Assembly: GCF_009914755.1 (NCBI RefSeq)
Contig: NC_060925.1
Length of the DNA stretch: 64,000 nucleotides
Source: the human T2T-CHM13v2.0 reference genome, Homo sapiens
Direction: 5' to 3' (one strand)
Part shown: positions 1 to 13,545 of the stretch, piece after piece
How positions within the stretch are numbered: position 1 is the first letter of the stretch
How the letters are laid out: every line of letters starts with the position of its first letter
Position numbers and translations under genes: made by a program
The notes under the pieces: model-generated
Database searches by the model: none
Told to the model about the DNA's origin: nothing
The model's input: only the letters and a program-made list of their open reading frames with translations

Positions 1-89
1 ATTTCTAAAGGCTTCATTTTTCTCACCTAAAAAAAGAGAAATCTCGACTAGATGTTTCAGATGTTCACTTAAAAAGTTAAGTCATAAAA

Positions 90-1255
90 TACAAGCACTA
101 GGAGATATAAGATAAATAAGACTAAGCTCTTTCCCCTAAAATAACTTACTGATCAGTGAATGAGACATGCACAGGAACAAGATAACCAAGAAACAATGTG
201 TTAACAGCAGAAGATAATAGATTTAAGAAGGGCAGAGAGGACTAATTTAGCAAGGAATAGGGATGGGAATTAAAATCTGAATTAAGTCTTAGAAAAGTAT
301 CCAGGCAAATAGAGGACCAAAGGACATTCCAATCGAAGGGAACAGCATAAACAAAGCCTCAGAGTGGAAAAGCAGCATAGGTTGTACAGGGAATTATAAA
401 CAGTTCAGTATTGCTGATACATAATTGTAGAGCAGAAGAGAGATCCTGCAAGAGTTGAAAGTAGAGGCCAGATTGAAGAGATCTATGATGTATTAAGAAA
501 GCTGAACTTTATCCAGTAGGCAATGATGATCCAAGGCAGGGCTTTCACAGGGGAATGGCATAGTTATGATATAATTTTAGAAAGACCACTTTGATACCCG
601 CGTGAAGAAAGAGTATGAGTGGTACAAACTAGAAACAGAGAAGCTAGTTAAGAATCTACAGCAGATATGATGAGGCCTCATTCTGGGGTGATTATAGAAA
701 AGGATCATAGGTTCAAGAAATATGCAGAATCAGCAGGACTAGAAATGGATTGGGAGTGGGGTAAAGATGTGAAGGAGAAAAAAAAGGCATGGAAAGGATC
801 CATGTTTTTGATCAGGCAGAGACAGAACTCAGATACTGAGTACAAAGGAAGAAATAGACAAAATTATCTTGAGTTTATCTTAGGACGTACCTGGTCAAAA
901 AATATCTAGGTAGAGATGTCCAGCAGCCAATTGAACAGAGTAACCTAATGCTCAGGAGAGAGGCCTAGCCTAGAGATTTAAGTGTGGGAGTAAGCTGCAC
1001 ACAAGGTTGCAACTGAAACCCCAAAAGTCAACGTGTCCGCCCAAGAGAAAGTACAAAGTGTGAAGGGTCTTCAACCAGAACCCTGTTAAATACCAGAACT
1101 GTGCATTAGCCTAAGGGGTAGGGGGGAACAGGAAAGAGGTATATCCCAGAACACAGTGGGAGTGGTCAAAAAGGAGATGGTGATCAACAGTATAAAATGC
1201 AGCCCAGATATAAATCCAGGAAAAATAAGAACTGAAAGATGTCTACTAGACTTAC
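90..1255 (-). mobile_element. L2 LINE fragment (resumes at about 2070-2200 after an LTR insertion)
   Basis: Purine-rich degenerate L2 signature (ttttagaaagaccacttt, gtagagatgtccagcagccaattg, gagaggcctagcctagagatt). The motif gacttac...ttagcaattaagtggtca is split by the LTR. Confidence 0.75.
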
Positions 1256-2069
<814 letters not shown>

Positions 2070-2398
2070 TTAGCAATTAAGTGGTCACTCAATAATTTAT
2101 TATAAGTAGTTTCAATCAAGTGAGTAAGGGAGGAAGCTAGACTGCAGTGGGATACGAAGTGGAAACAATGAGTATAACACTATCTTTTTGAAAAATTTAA
2201 ATCAGGAGGGAAGCAATTCAAAATTTAATTAAGATTGGAAGTTCTCAAACCCCTTTACAGTTCTCATACTCTGTTCTTTTCATATAAATAAAAAGCCTAT
2301 TTTGGTAAAATTTCATTAAAACCCATATTGATTAAATATGAAGTAATATCTTTAATTATCAGAAAAATGAGGGATATATATATCCCTTTGGTAGCTAC

Positions 2399-2403
<5 letters not shown>

Positions 2404-2455
<52 letters not shown>
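2404..2455. repeat. (TA)26 microsatellite
   Basis: Uninterrupted TA run. Confidence 0.97.
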
Positions 2456-2456
<1 letters not shown>

Positions 2457-2689
2457 CATTTCCCAACATACCTTAGAAATACCTTGTAAAATTATCTTTT
2501 TAAAAATGTACTAAAGGGGGCTAGGGCAAAGGAAAAAGCGATGGTGAAGTAACCCTCTCTTGCACCAATTGTTCCTTCCTTAATTCCTCATAAAGACATT
2601 CTTCATTGCCCTCTGCCTGGAATATTCTTCTTCTCTGTTTTAATTTGCTTAACTCCTACTCACTCTTCAAGGACCTGCTCAAAGTCCAC

Positions 2690-2880
2690 CCCACAGAATC
2701 ACAGAATGTCAGGGACAAAAAGGGCCTTACAAATCCACTGAATCCAAATGTTTCTAACATGCTGATGAAGAAACTACATAAAGATCAGAGTTTCAGAGAA
2801 TAATCTGCCCAAGGTCCTATTACTTGCAGCTTGCGGCCAGGTTGGAATTTGAACTACTTCTTCAGCTAGTATCCATTTCA
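2690..2880 (-). mobile_element. MIR/MIR3 SINE fragment
   Basis: cacagaatcacagaatgtcagg...gatgaagaaact...tgcccaaggtc. Confidence 0.55.
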
Positions 2881-4750
2881 GTAGACTCATTCTTTCCTCA
2901 CATAACTGTTATTACAGAATTGAAGATTGCGGTAAGTCAAGCTTTAGTAATAATCAATTTCTAAAAATTTATTTAGAGTAAGATCCATGTTACTAATACT
3001 TTTTAAAACTAAGGAGCCAACCTACAACTTACTTGTTAGTTTGAGTCAACTACCTACAGCTACTTGATTATACAAGATTACAGATGTCAGATAGTATTTA
3101 TTTCATGGATAAATAAGCTGACTGTCAGTCACTAAATAGGATCCTTCCCCAAGAGTGCAGCATTTATTTCAGCCTCTGCCAGTGGAAGTGTTGGAGCAGA
3201 TGTTGGCAGACTGTGACATACAGTATGTCTTTAAAACTCGTTGGGGTGTGAAATTTCATAAGGTCAAAAAATGCTGCATTTTGATCAGCAGATACAAGAA
3301 TTCTGTACTTTTATAAATTATTTCAGAAAAACCAATAACATTTGCTGGTAAAATGGATAAACTAAAAAGCTACACTGGCTTTAGGTAGGGCATTTAGATA
3401 ATGTATGCTGCTTATGTTCTAAAAGCTAATTTCTATCACTTTAAAGCAAATGTTCACTCAAAAAGTCTTTAAAATGAAAATCTGTTCTTAAGTCAATACA
3501 AAATACAATATATTATTTCAGTTGACAATAGGGTTTAAAAAATAATTTTCTATTGAAAGAAAACCATTATTATCTAATGAGCATTTTGGTGGGAAAAAAG
3601 ATGTTTTCCTTAACTAACACACACACTTCATAGTGATCTCATTTAAAAAATATCTATATAAGAATCCACTAATATAAACAGAGAAAGCTTTTTTTTTTAA
3701 GTTAGTATCCATATCGTTCAAATGACTTCACAAATCTTTTAACCCTTTGGTTTATTGTTTTATCTTTTTCTTAAAAAAAATACAGTAGCCATTCTAACCC
3801 ACTAATAAGGGCTAACCTGAATTAAACAATAGGAGTAAAAAAAGATCACGGCTTTTATAATGGTAAAATGAAATTTGTAACATTCAAAGACTTATTTTCT
3901 TGAATTTTTTGTTATATTATTGCATTTTTTAGCTTCAAATTTCCCTTGTATCTTTTTTTCCCAAATATGGCTAATAGATAACATATAACCAAAATCAAAA
4001 TTAAGGATATTGTCTCGTTAAAGATTTTAGCTTAATAATACAGACGAGCTAGATCTTAGGCAAGTTTAACTTAGCGTAATTTAAAACACTTTACTTCTAA
4101 ATTAACACAAAGATTCTCTAATTGATTAATCAATATATTTGAAGAGTTGGAAGAGCCTGGTAATAACATAACAATAATAATCATTGTCATTATCATCATT
4201 GTCATCTTTCAGTTTATTTTGTGCTATGTTCATGCAAATACAAAATTTCTAAGTAAGTTTTAAACATTTTTGTTAGATATTTGTAAGGAAGAAAAATTTA
4301 ACTACGAACATAAAATCTCCCCAGAAGATGATTTCTAATATAAATCACCTGTTTCTCATCACACAATCAAAAGAGCTAAGATTATGACAGGAAACTGATT
4401 AAAGTGCATTAAGTACCACAACATCTTATAATCATGCTAAATCTAACAACCAAGTTCAAAGGTCCTTGTTTTTATGTTATAAACAAAAACTTGAAGTATG
4501 TATTTGGGGAATTATATTTATCACATTCAAGTTCTACATAAAAATATTAAACTCTATTGCATTGTATAAGACCAAATGTTATCGATAACCTCTATGCTAA
4601 GGGACTGAAATTCTATCAAAGCTGAAAATTTCTCTATTAAATATAAACCCAAACTTTTTCACAGGTTTCTCATATAGCCTAAGATATCTGACACATAAAA
4701 TCATAAAAATAAATAAATACAAGATGAATCAACAATTATAATTAACTTAC

Positions 4751-4876
4751 TTGCCACTGAAAAGTTGTTGAGGGGATAAGGTAAATCCACATCTTGAGGT
4801 TTCTCTTTATATCCTATGAATGAGCCATCTGTCTTCAAAAGGAAGTATCTTGGCCTCCAGTTTTTTATATATTCTC
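4751..4876 (-). CDS. AKT3: AKT3 (RAC-gamma Ser/Thr kinase) internal coding exon, N-terminal part of the PH domain (aa 16-58)
   Basis: Reverse complement reads ctttcctcatgtag|GA GAA TAT ATA AAA AAC TGG AGG CCA AGA TAC TTC ... TCA GTG GCA A|gtaagt. Translation is (G)[41 protein letters not shown](K). The [16 protein letters not shown] and [13 protein letters not shown] segments distinguish AKT3 from AKT1/AKT2. Canonical AG/GT, 126 nt. Confidence 0.98.
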
Positions 4877-6182
4877 CTACATGAGGAAAGCACGCATGTT
4901 AATGCTGAAAAAAATGAACAGCAGCTTTTATGCAAAAAATAAATTATGGTACAATATATGTCCTACAACACTGGCCTCCAAAAATTTAGTTACTCAATTT
5001 TCTTTTAACTTAGCTTACAAAAGAAAATACATAAGCCTACAATTAAGATTCAATAAAAACCCAAACATGTTTTGTTTTTAATGATTTCACACTTTGATAA
5101 TTCATTTGCACCATTATTCCTTCAGAGAATCATCTGAGTACACATTTTGTTCAGTTTTTCATTTTATCAGATGGTTGTTAGAGCATATTTTCAGCTGTTT
5201 TAAAAAGCCTTGGTAAATCATCCACACAGTATCAATGAATTTCCATTAAAAACATTTATCATAAGAGAGGCAAGAAATAGATGTTTCTCTTCCACTAATT
5301 GTGTCTTTTTTTTTTCAAAAAAGAAAGAAAAAAGTCTATTTTCATTAATAAATCTTGACTGTAACTTGTTTAAGCAACATTTTATTGTTCTTCATAGAAA
5401 AATAACCTTTTTGCAATGCTGTACTTAAGAAAACGAAAGAACATGGGTTAACAGGGCTTTCAACGATACGCAAACTCACACATACACAAACATAGTAACT
5501 ATTAATATATGGTACAGTGTCAAGAACATAATAGTCAATAAATGTATACTTTATTAGAACTTAACATAAGGTACCACCTAGCCACCAAAATACACATTTT
5601 TAGCAACTACATTACAATTTGCTTACCTACTAAAGGACAACTTCTAATTTTAAGCAACAGAGGTGCTCCATGATGCTACAAGAGCTAGAAGGCTATCTGG
5701 TATTGATTCAGTTCTCTACTGGTTATTTCTACCTGCTGATTAAATCTCAAATGCTTAGGCAAAGAAGTACAAAAAAATTGCAAACAGTTCAATTTTCCCT
5801 ACAAATCAGCTTCTTCTTGTGACCCAAACTCAAACCCAACATCTGAAGGTTCCCCTCCTTATCACAGTTAGGTCAATACTGCCATCACAAGTCTCTCTGA
5901 TTGAGCCCAATCAACTGAACCCTTAATACGTTATATCTACTCTTCTGTTAATACTGTTTTTCCCCACTCTACACATTCCCCACTTCCATCCTAATGTATC
6001 TATCACCTCCAGATTAATCTTGTGTGTACCACTTTATCACTTTTCTGCTCAAAATATCCTGTGACTCCTTACTGCTTACTGTAAAGTCCAGTCTCTTACC
6101 ATAAAATGTAATCCAAATCTTTTACTATAAAGGGCAATCTCACCCCAACATGTATTTCAGATGTGGAATCATTCCTCTGAAT

Positions 6183-7000
6183 CAGCAATTCTTAAACTTC
6201 TTAGAATCTCTTTATATCCTTAAATATTACTTAGAGCACCAACAAATTATGTAGATTTTTATCTATGTTTACTTTATTCGAAATTGAAAATAGATTTTAT
6301 AAATGTTTTACTTCACTTGAAAATAAATTTATTACATATAACAAATAACATATTTTTATAAAAAATAACTATTTTCTTTAAAGAAAGAAAAATGCAAAGA
6401 CCAGCACTGCTTTCCATTTTTACAAATCTATTTAATGTCTGGCTTAATAGAAGACAGCTTAATTTTCTTAGCTGTTCCTGCCTTCAACATCCTGCTGCAG
6501 TATGTTGTTTTGGTTTAAATTTAGGGGGAAAAAATCTGGCTCAAAGAGATATGAAGCTGAAAAAGGGAAAAATATTCAGATAGTTATGGATATCATTCTT
6601 TGATACTACACCAGAATTCAACAAGGGTTAGTTTCTAAAAGGTTAGTTGCAATGTAGAACTTGAAACTTTTAACAATGAACTTTCTGTACTATTATGTGA
6701 AAATCCATTGATCTATACTGGACTTTGAATGAATCTTTAACACTGTCTATAATTTTATAACATTATGCATTGGTCACATAGAAAACCCTGGCTTATCGTG
6801 CTATGCTGATCTTCCTAATGTTGACACATTTCATTATACAATCACATTTGTTATCAATACCAGTCTCATGAAAAAAGTAAACATTGGAAAGCTGACAAGC
6901 TCATAACGAGAGATCTGTTTTCCCAAATTTAATCTTTGCTTAAAAGCTCAATTTCCATCAGTGACAGCATATACTGTCAGTTGTTTTCCTTGAGGTGATA
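6183..7000. mobile_element. hAT-Charlie DNA transposon remnant (Charlie1a/1b-like)
   Basis: Terminal cagcaattcttaaact. Internal tttaatgtctggcttaatagaagacagct, tgatactacaccagaattcaacaag and aaaggttagttgcaatgtagaac. Confidence 0.75.
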
Positions 7001-8625
7001 ATACTCTACATGCCCAAGCTGGTGCCCACCACTTAATGCTCAATCATGATTTATTAAACAAATGAATAAATAGAGGATACGTAGATCAGTATCCTCCACA
7101 TAAGTATGTAAGGGCAAAAAAGAAATTTAAAGAAAAAAGAAAAAAAAGTGATGCTCTTCACTTTATTTTACTGAAAAAAGACGGCCCTAATATTAATAAG
7201 CACATGACTTAATAAGGCAATTTATAAAACTAGAATGCCTAATACACAATTCCCACGTTGAAAAATAAAATAATTCCTTAATTGCTCTTATTTTATTTTT
7301 CCATTTCATTTATTCCTATATAAAATTCAAAATCATTAGGTATTAATTCTCCAATTAATGACATATTTAGACTTCAAATGTTGTTGTACAGCAATAAGAG
7401 ATTTATACTGGTACAATATGCTGTAACTCTGTAAAGGTAAATCACAATAGTTTAATAATTATACCAAAAATAAAATGAATCAGATCCATTTGAAAAATAT
7501 AAAAGAAAACACGGAATAACACCATTTCTTCTTCTTTTAAAATAGTACTGAATACACTTATTCAAGAAATGTAAAATTAAAAGAAATCAAATTTTCAATT
7601 CTAAGCATAATTTCCCTCTATGTACATCCTCAGATGAAAAACACAAAAACATCATTATATAAATCTTGTATCTTTTTTATTAAGCAGATTTTTAAACTTT
7701 TAAAATATTTTCTATGATCTATAGCAGGACTTCTGGTTGCCAAAAAGCTATTTAAAAATAAATGTATTATGCATCCTTCAAACGTAATACAGTATACCAA
7801 GATAGTGATGTACTCACTCACATAGAAGAAAAATTTTAAAGAATTTCCCTTCTTCCTTAAAAAAGTATTATTTCTCACAAACTTTTTAAATAATTTTAAA
7901 TTGATTTGGTTAATCAACAATTATACTGTGATACTAAGCCAGAAGTAGATCTCAAACTTCCAATAAAGACTACTAAATCTATTTTCTTGTCATTTTTCAC
8001 CTATAATATGAATTAACTTTCTGAGAAGATGCTTAGAATGCATTCATTATTAATTTGTTACAGAGGCTGGACCAAAAAAAAAAAAAAAGACAACTTAATA
8101 GAGCTTAATTCCAGTATTATACCAGATTTCAGGTGCCTAGCTGTTCGAAAAGGAACTGAACACTTTCATCTCTAGCTCAGAAGTTGAGGCAGTGTGAGTT
8201 CAGATAAGGCACGTGTTGTCAGGTTGTTCTAAAATATGGACAGAAAGTCCTAGCTTTTATGAGGCTAAGTACCCAGAACAAAGTACACTCCCTGCCACCA
8301 ATCCTTTTAAGACGGACTGCTAAAAGTCAATCTTTTATTTTAAACACAGAATTTGCATCTAAGTTTACACATGATGCATCAAACCCAAATTGCATCATAC
8401 TTTTATGTTTATGGCCCATAGGTTTTAACCAATTTAAAACACAACCTGGTTAAAATGGAAAGTCTTGTCAAAAAAGAAGCATTTATGATGTACCAAGTAT
8501 CCCAAAGAGATTGTTCAATGGACACCCACCAATATACATCCAAATAGTAAATGTATCGTCAAGATAAACCTTCAGCAAGCACTGCAGTCACAACTGGTTA
8601 AGACTTCCAACCCAACCTCTTCCAC

Positions 8626-8651
8626 TATATATATATATATATATATATATA
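8626..8651. repeat. (TA)13 microsatellite
   Basis: Direct read. Confidence 0.95.
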
Positions 8652-8779
8652 ATCTTCATGGGTGCTTCCACTTCTTTCTCACACTCTTTTGCTGGAAGCT
8701 ATACCTATGTTGAAGTATGCTGTTATCAATACCAAAACAAATACATTTCCCAGCAAGGATTCTGGTATACTGGCTTCTG

Positions 8780-9253
8780 GTAGTGAGGTGAGTGGTGGAC
8801 CCTCGAATGATGTACACACCCTAATCCCAGGAACCTGTGAATATTACCTTATGGTAAAAAAGAATGACTATTACTTTATATGGCAACACATGTGATTAAC
8901 AATTAAGGATTCTGAGAAGATGGACTTTTCCCCTGGAGAATTATCTAGGTAAGCCCTAAATCCAATTACAAATGTCCTTTTAAGAGTAAACTGAACACAC
9001 AGAGAAAAGGAAGGGGGAACGTGGCCACAGAAGCAAAGATTGGAACTATGGGCCAAAAGCCAAGGAGCACCTAGAGCCACCAGAAGCAAGAAGAGACAAC
9101 AAGTGGGTTCTCCCCTGGAGCCTTCTCAGTGAGTGTGAACCTGCTGACACCTTGATTTCTAACTTCTGGCCTCCAGAATTGTGGCAGAATAAATTTCTGT
9201 TGTTTTATGCCACCCACTTTTTATTAATTTGTGACAGCAGTCCTAGGAAATAC
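8780..9253 (+). mobile_element. MaLR LTR (MLT1C/D-like)
   Basis: ctaatcccaggaacctgtgaatatt, ctgctgacaccttgattt, cttctggcctccagaattgtg, aataaatttctgttgtttta, tttgtgacagcagtcctaggaaa. Confidence 0.85.
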
Positions 9254-9640
9254 AGCTCCTAAACACTATGACCAATGGCTTGCTAACAGAGCTAAAAACT
9301 ACTACTTACTCATTGAGTTCTTGGCATAGGACATGTACAGATTCAGTTAGCACCTTCTGAATGCAAAGAGGAAAATCCACATTACTACTGTAAATGGTAG
9401 AGAATCCTACTTGTAAATTATGAGGGTGGAAGAAACTGTTTGCTAGAATTCATGGTTTTACTTAGTCCTAATAACTTCAGATTCTGGACCTTTGCCACCT
9501 TTCTTACTTCACTTAATAACTTATTCCCTGTAGTTAAAACAAACGATCTCAATGATTTTGAGTAAATTTTGACCATAGAAAACATCCTGAATTTCCACAG
9601 CTGAGTAAAAATACTGCATTATTTTGGACCTCAGGCTTAG

Positions 9641-9940
<300 letters not shown>

Positions 9941-11454
9941 AGGCTTAGTCTTTAATAACAACCTGAGATGGGACCTGGTATGAGTTTAGACTCATGCTCA
10001 CTTTCCACCTAAAAGATCTGGATAGGATATTCAAATAAATCATCTTTATCATGAATTATATACTCTCAAACCAGAGCTCACCAAAAAGTTGACAGTGTTC
10101 ACTTCCTACCATTCACCTGATAACAACAAACTGTATTTTTACTTAATAATCTTCAACCTAAATTAGTCCATATATAAACATTTTATTTCATTATTCATCA
10201 ACACTCTACTGAGAATCACATTTTGATTTTTTAAAAGCTTAAGTCGTAAGTGTAAAAGCTGAAGTCGTAAGCGCCAAGGCAGAAGCTAGAAGTGTACATC
10301 TCTGGACTAAACAGTGATTGATTAAAATGTGCAAATAGTCTTTCATCTAGAATAACTAAGGAATATCTAGATTTGTTCAGACATGCAAATGGAAAAGATC
10401 TTCAGAAATAATTCAGCCTTGTGACCTCACAAATAGATCATGTTGATGAATATCTGATACCTTTTTAAGGCTACATTGTGTTCCAGAACCTAGTTCTAAT
10501 TCTAACTTCATGAAAGGTAGAAAGATGTGAAGTGAGCTGGGTACTGGTTGAGAATACTGCAGAAATACTCATCTCTACCTTCAACTGTCATGGACTATGC
10601 TAAAAACACAATCGGGTAGATTCACTGAGATGTAACTAAACAAATATAGATACAATCCAATTGAAAAGAAATCTATAAAACCATAGCACTATTTTTCACA
10701 AATCCCATAAAATTCATTTGAAATTCATTTAGTTCATTTAGAATTTAATTAGAAACAACACAATCACCATTTTAAAAATATGCTTCTTACCTAAGAAAAA
10801 ATGCAAAAAAAAAAAAAAAAAAGACCCTAATTATCAAGAGTTGCATAACAAACAAAAATTCTAATTTTCCGATACAGGTGCTAGCTTTTTAAGATACCAA
10901 TGCTCACTCAAACTTGTTGTAACATAGTCTTCAAAGCTAATCACTGCATAAGGAAGACGGTGGGAGCATCCTCACATGTATGTCAGGAATAGATGTTACT
11001 GTTTTATCATAAAGCTAAAACAAGTATAAGCTCAGCTTTCCTCAGAATGCTGTATTTTAAATATTTAATTTTCATGTTTAATCACAAGCAAAGTCACAAA
11101 GTTTTTACCATGTATGATTATTTGTCCTTATACATCTCTGAGGAAAAAAATGTATAGATTACATCTATACTTAATGCATGCGTTAATGAAAAAATAACCT
11201 CTTTCGCAATCTTTATTATTTACAGAGGGAGAGAGCCATAGAATTTATGCAAAAAAAAAAAAAAAAGCTGGCCATACTGTCAATGTGAAAAGCATGTGGT
11301 CACATTTTCAGAATAAAAGAAATTTTAATTTAAACCAATGCTATGTTGTGTAACAAAAGGTACAACAAATTGTTGTGATCAATACGAGGTCAACAAACTT
11401 CTCAAATTAGCCTTCAGTTTCTTTCCCACTCAACCTCATCATTAAAATGCTCCA

Positions 11455-11700
11455 GGCAGAACAATGTAATGGTTAAGAGCAAGGACTCTGGAGTCACACA
11501 GCTTGGGTTTGAATCCTAATCACATCATTTATTAGATGCATGAACCTAACCTCTTTACATCTCAGGGTCCTCATCTGAAAAACAGAAATCATAGTTTTTA
11601 TCCACCAAAGGGTTTTTGTAAGGACATAATGTAAAAAGCCCTTAGAACATTACCTGACATATTTCAAGTATTTGATTTGGTTGTTAGCAAGTGATACTAA
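11455..11700 (+). mobile_element. MIR SINE
   Basis: tggttaagagcaaggactctggagtcacacagcttgggtttgaatcct...aacctctttacatctcag...ctcatctgaaaaa. Confidence 0.85.
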
Positions 11701-12617
11701 TACTAATACCACTTATGATAATATAATTTATAATCCAACTACAAACCACACATTAAATGTTCTACTAATCAGTACTGCACTTATTCAGAAGTATTTACAT
11801 AAATGAGGCAACGATGAATTTTTTAAGTCTCTTTGGCTAGTGTCAGGTATATAAAACATGTATTTTATGTAAAGAAATGAAGAGGTTATCCAACATCTAA
11901 ACACAGTATTAATTTGACTAATACTTTTAGTTCTTTTGAATATCAGGATATCAGAGGGGTAAACTAGTCTTCCAAAGAAAAGAGCAGAAGTCAGATTCTT
12001 CTGAATTTTTATAAATGATACACACAAATGTACAGTACCATAAAAATATAAACATTTTATGAATTTTCAAAGAGCAGCTTTAAACCAGAAAAAGGCAGTT
12101 TTCAGTAAAAATAAATGTACATGCTTCAAGAAACTATCTTTGGCAATACTCCTTAAATAAAAGTCTTCATGAGCCAATTTTTACCTAAGACAAAAACAGA
12201 TACAATGTTAATTTCAGCATAAAATCTATTTAATTTCATCATTCACAATGTAGTAAATATTTAGTTGCCTGTTGACAGACACCAAATTTTCACATATGAA
12301 CTACCTAAAAGAATATGGCAAAATCTTTTCTACTAATGGATTTCATAAATAAATATTAGCACAAAAAATACTGTATAGTCCATAATTATGTGATACATCT
12401 TAAATATCAGTAATCAATTATAGTTGCTGAAGAAATGCATGACAATAAATATAATAAGACATTTGCAGTATTTAAAATTACTGATTACAGTTTTATACAG
12501 AGGAGTACAATTAGTTCTGAGTGGAAGCCTATTCATGTCTCTTAGAGAATCAAAGAAATGTGCTTCTCACTCAACTTATCATAACCATGTTTTATTGATG
12601 TCTTAAAAATAATCCTG

Positions 12618-12929
12618 GGCCAGGCGTGGTTGCTCACTCCTGTAATCCCAGCACTTTGGGAGGCTGAGGCAGGCGGATCACTTGAGGCCAGGAGTCAGAG
12701 ACCAGCCTGGCCAACATGGCAAGACCGTCTCTACTAAAAATATAAAAATTAGCCGGGCGTGGTGGCGGGGCCCTTATAATCCCAGCTACTCGGGAGGCTG
12801 AGGCAGGAGAATTGTTTGAACCCAGGAAGCGGGAGGTTGCAGTGAGCCGAGATTGCACCACTGCACTCCAATCTCAGCAACACAGCAAGACTCCATCTCA
12901 AAAAAAAAAAAAAAAAAGAAAAAGAAAAA
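12618..12929 (+). mobile_element. Alu (AluS-type), full length
   Basis: Alu dimer with polyA. TSD-like aaaataatcctg / aaaatatcctg. Confidence 0.96.
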
Positions 12930-13384
12930 TATCCTGAAGAATTTTGTTCATATTATCTACATTGCAATAAACTAGCGTAAGTTTTCAACTGCACAGGGAC
13001 AATATGAAATGTAACTTTTTAAAGTGATTTTGCATATTATAGGTACTTATTAAATACATATATTGATTAGATTTTCCAACTCCTAAAAACCTGAATTTTT
13101 AGGTTATCATTTATCTTTTATTGAGTCTTGAAACATGTTCTTTCCTTGCCCTCAGGCAACTGAAAAGTGTTAAATTCTATTCTGATGTCTATGCAATGTC
13201 TTTGACCACTTGTCATCAACCAGCTTTGGATGTGTGTTGATAGTCTGTGAAAATTGAGCAATGTCTAAGCATTATGAACTCCTGCCCAGCTCACTCATTT
13301 TAAGGTGCTGCTGCTCAAGACCACCTAGATCAAAAAAGCCACTTTAAACATCTTTACTTAGATTTAAGAAAAACGGGCTAACAG

Positions 13385-13545
13385 TTATTCAATCAAAAAT
13401 ACTCGGTGAGTGTCAAAATATGTACAAGTACTAAGAAGGCAGCAATAAATGATACAAGCATAGTCCCAGCCCTCATGGAGCTTTAATAAATGATACAAGC
13501 ATAGTCCCAGCCCTCGTGGAGCTTTAAGTCTAGTAGGCAGCTGTG
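13385..13545 (-). mobile_element. L2 3' end fragment containing a 41-bp tandem duplication (13444-13525)
   Basis: ttattcaatcaaaaatactcggtgag...catagtcccagccctcatggagcttt (x2)...agtctagtagg. Confidence 0.7.

Noticed and set aside
4881-5081. ORF adjacent to the exon on the plus strand
   Set aside because: It is antisense to the AKT3 acceptor region; the real coding sequence is 4751-4876 on the minus strand.
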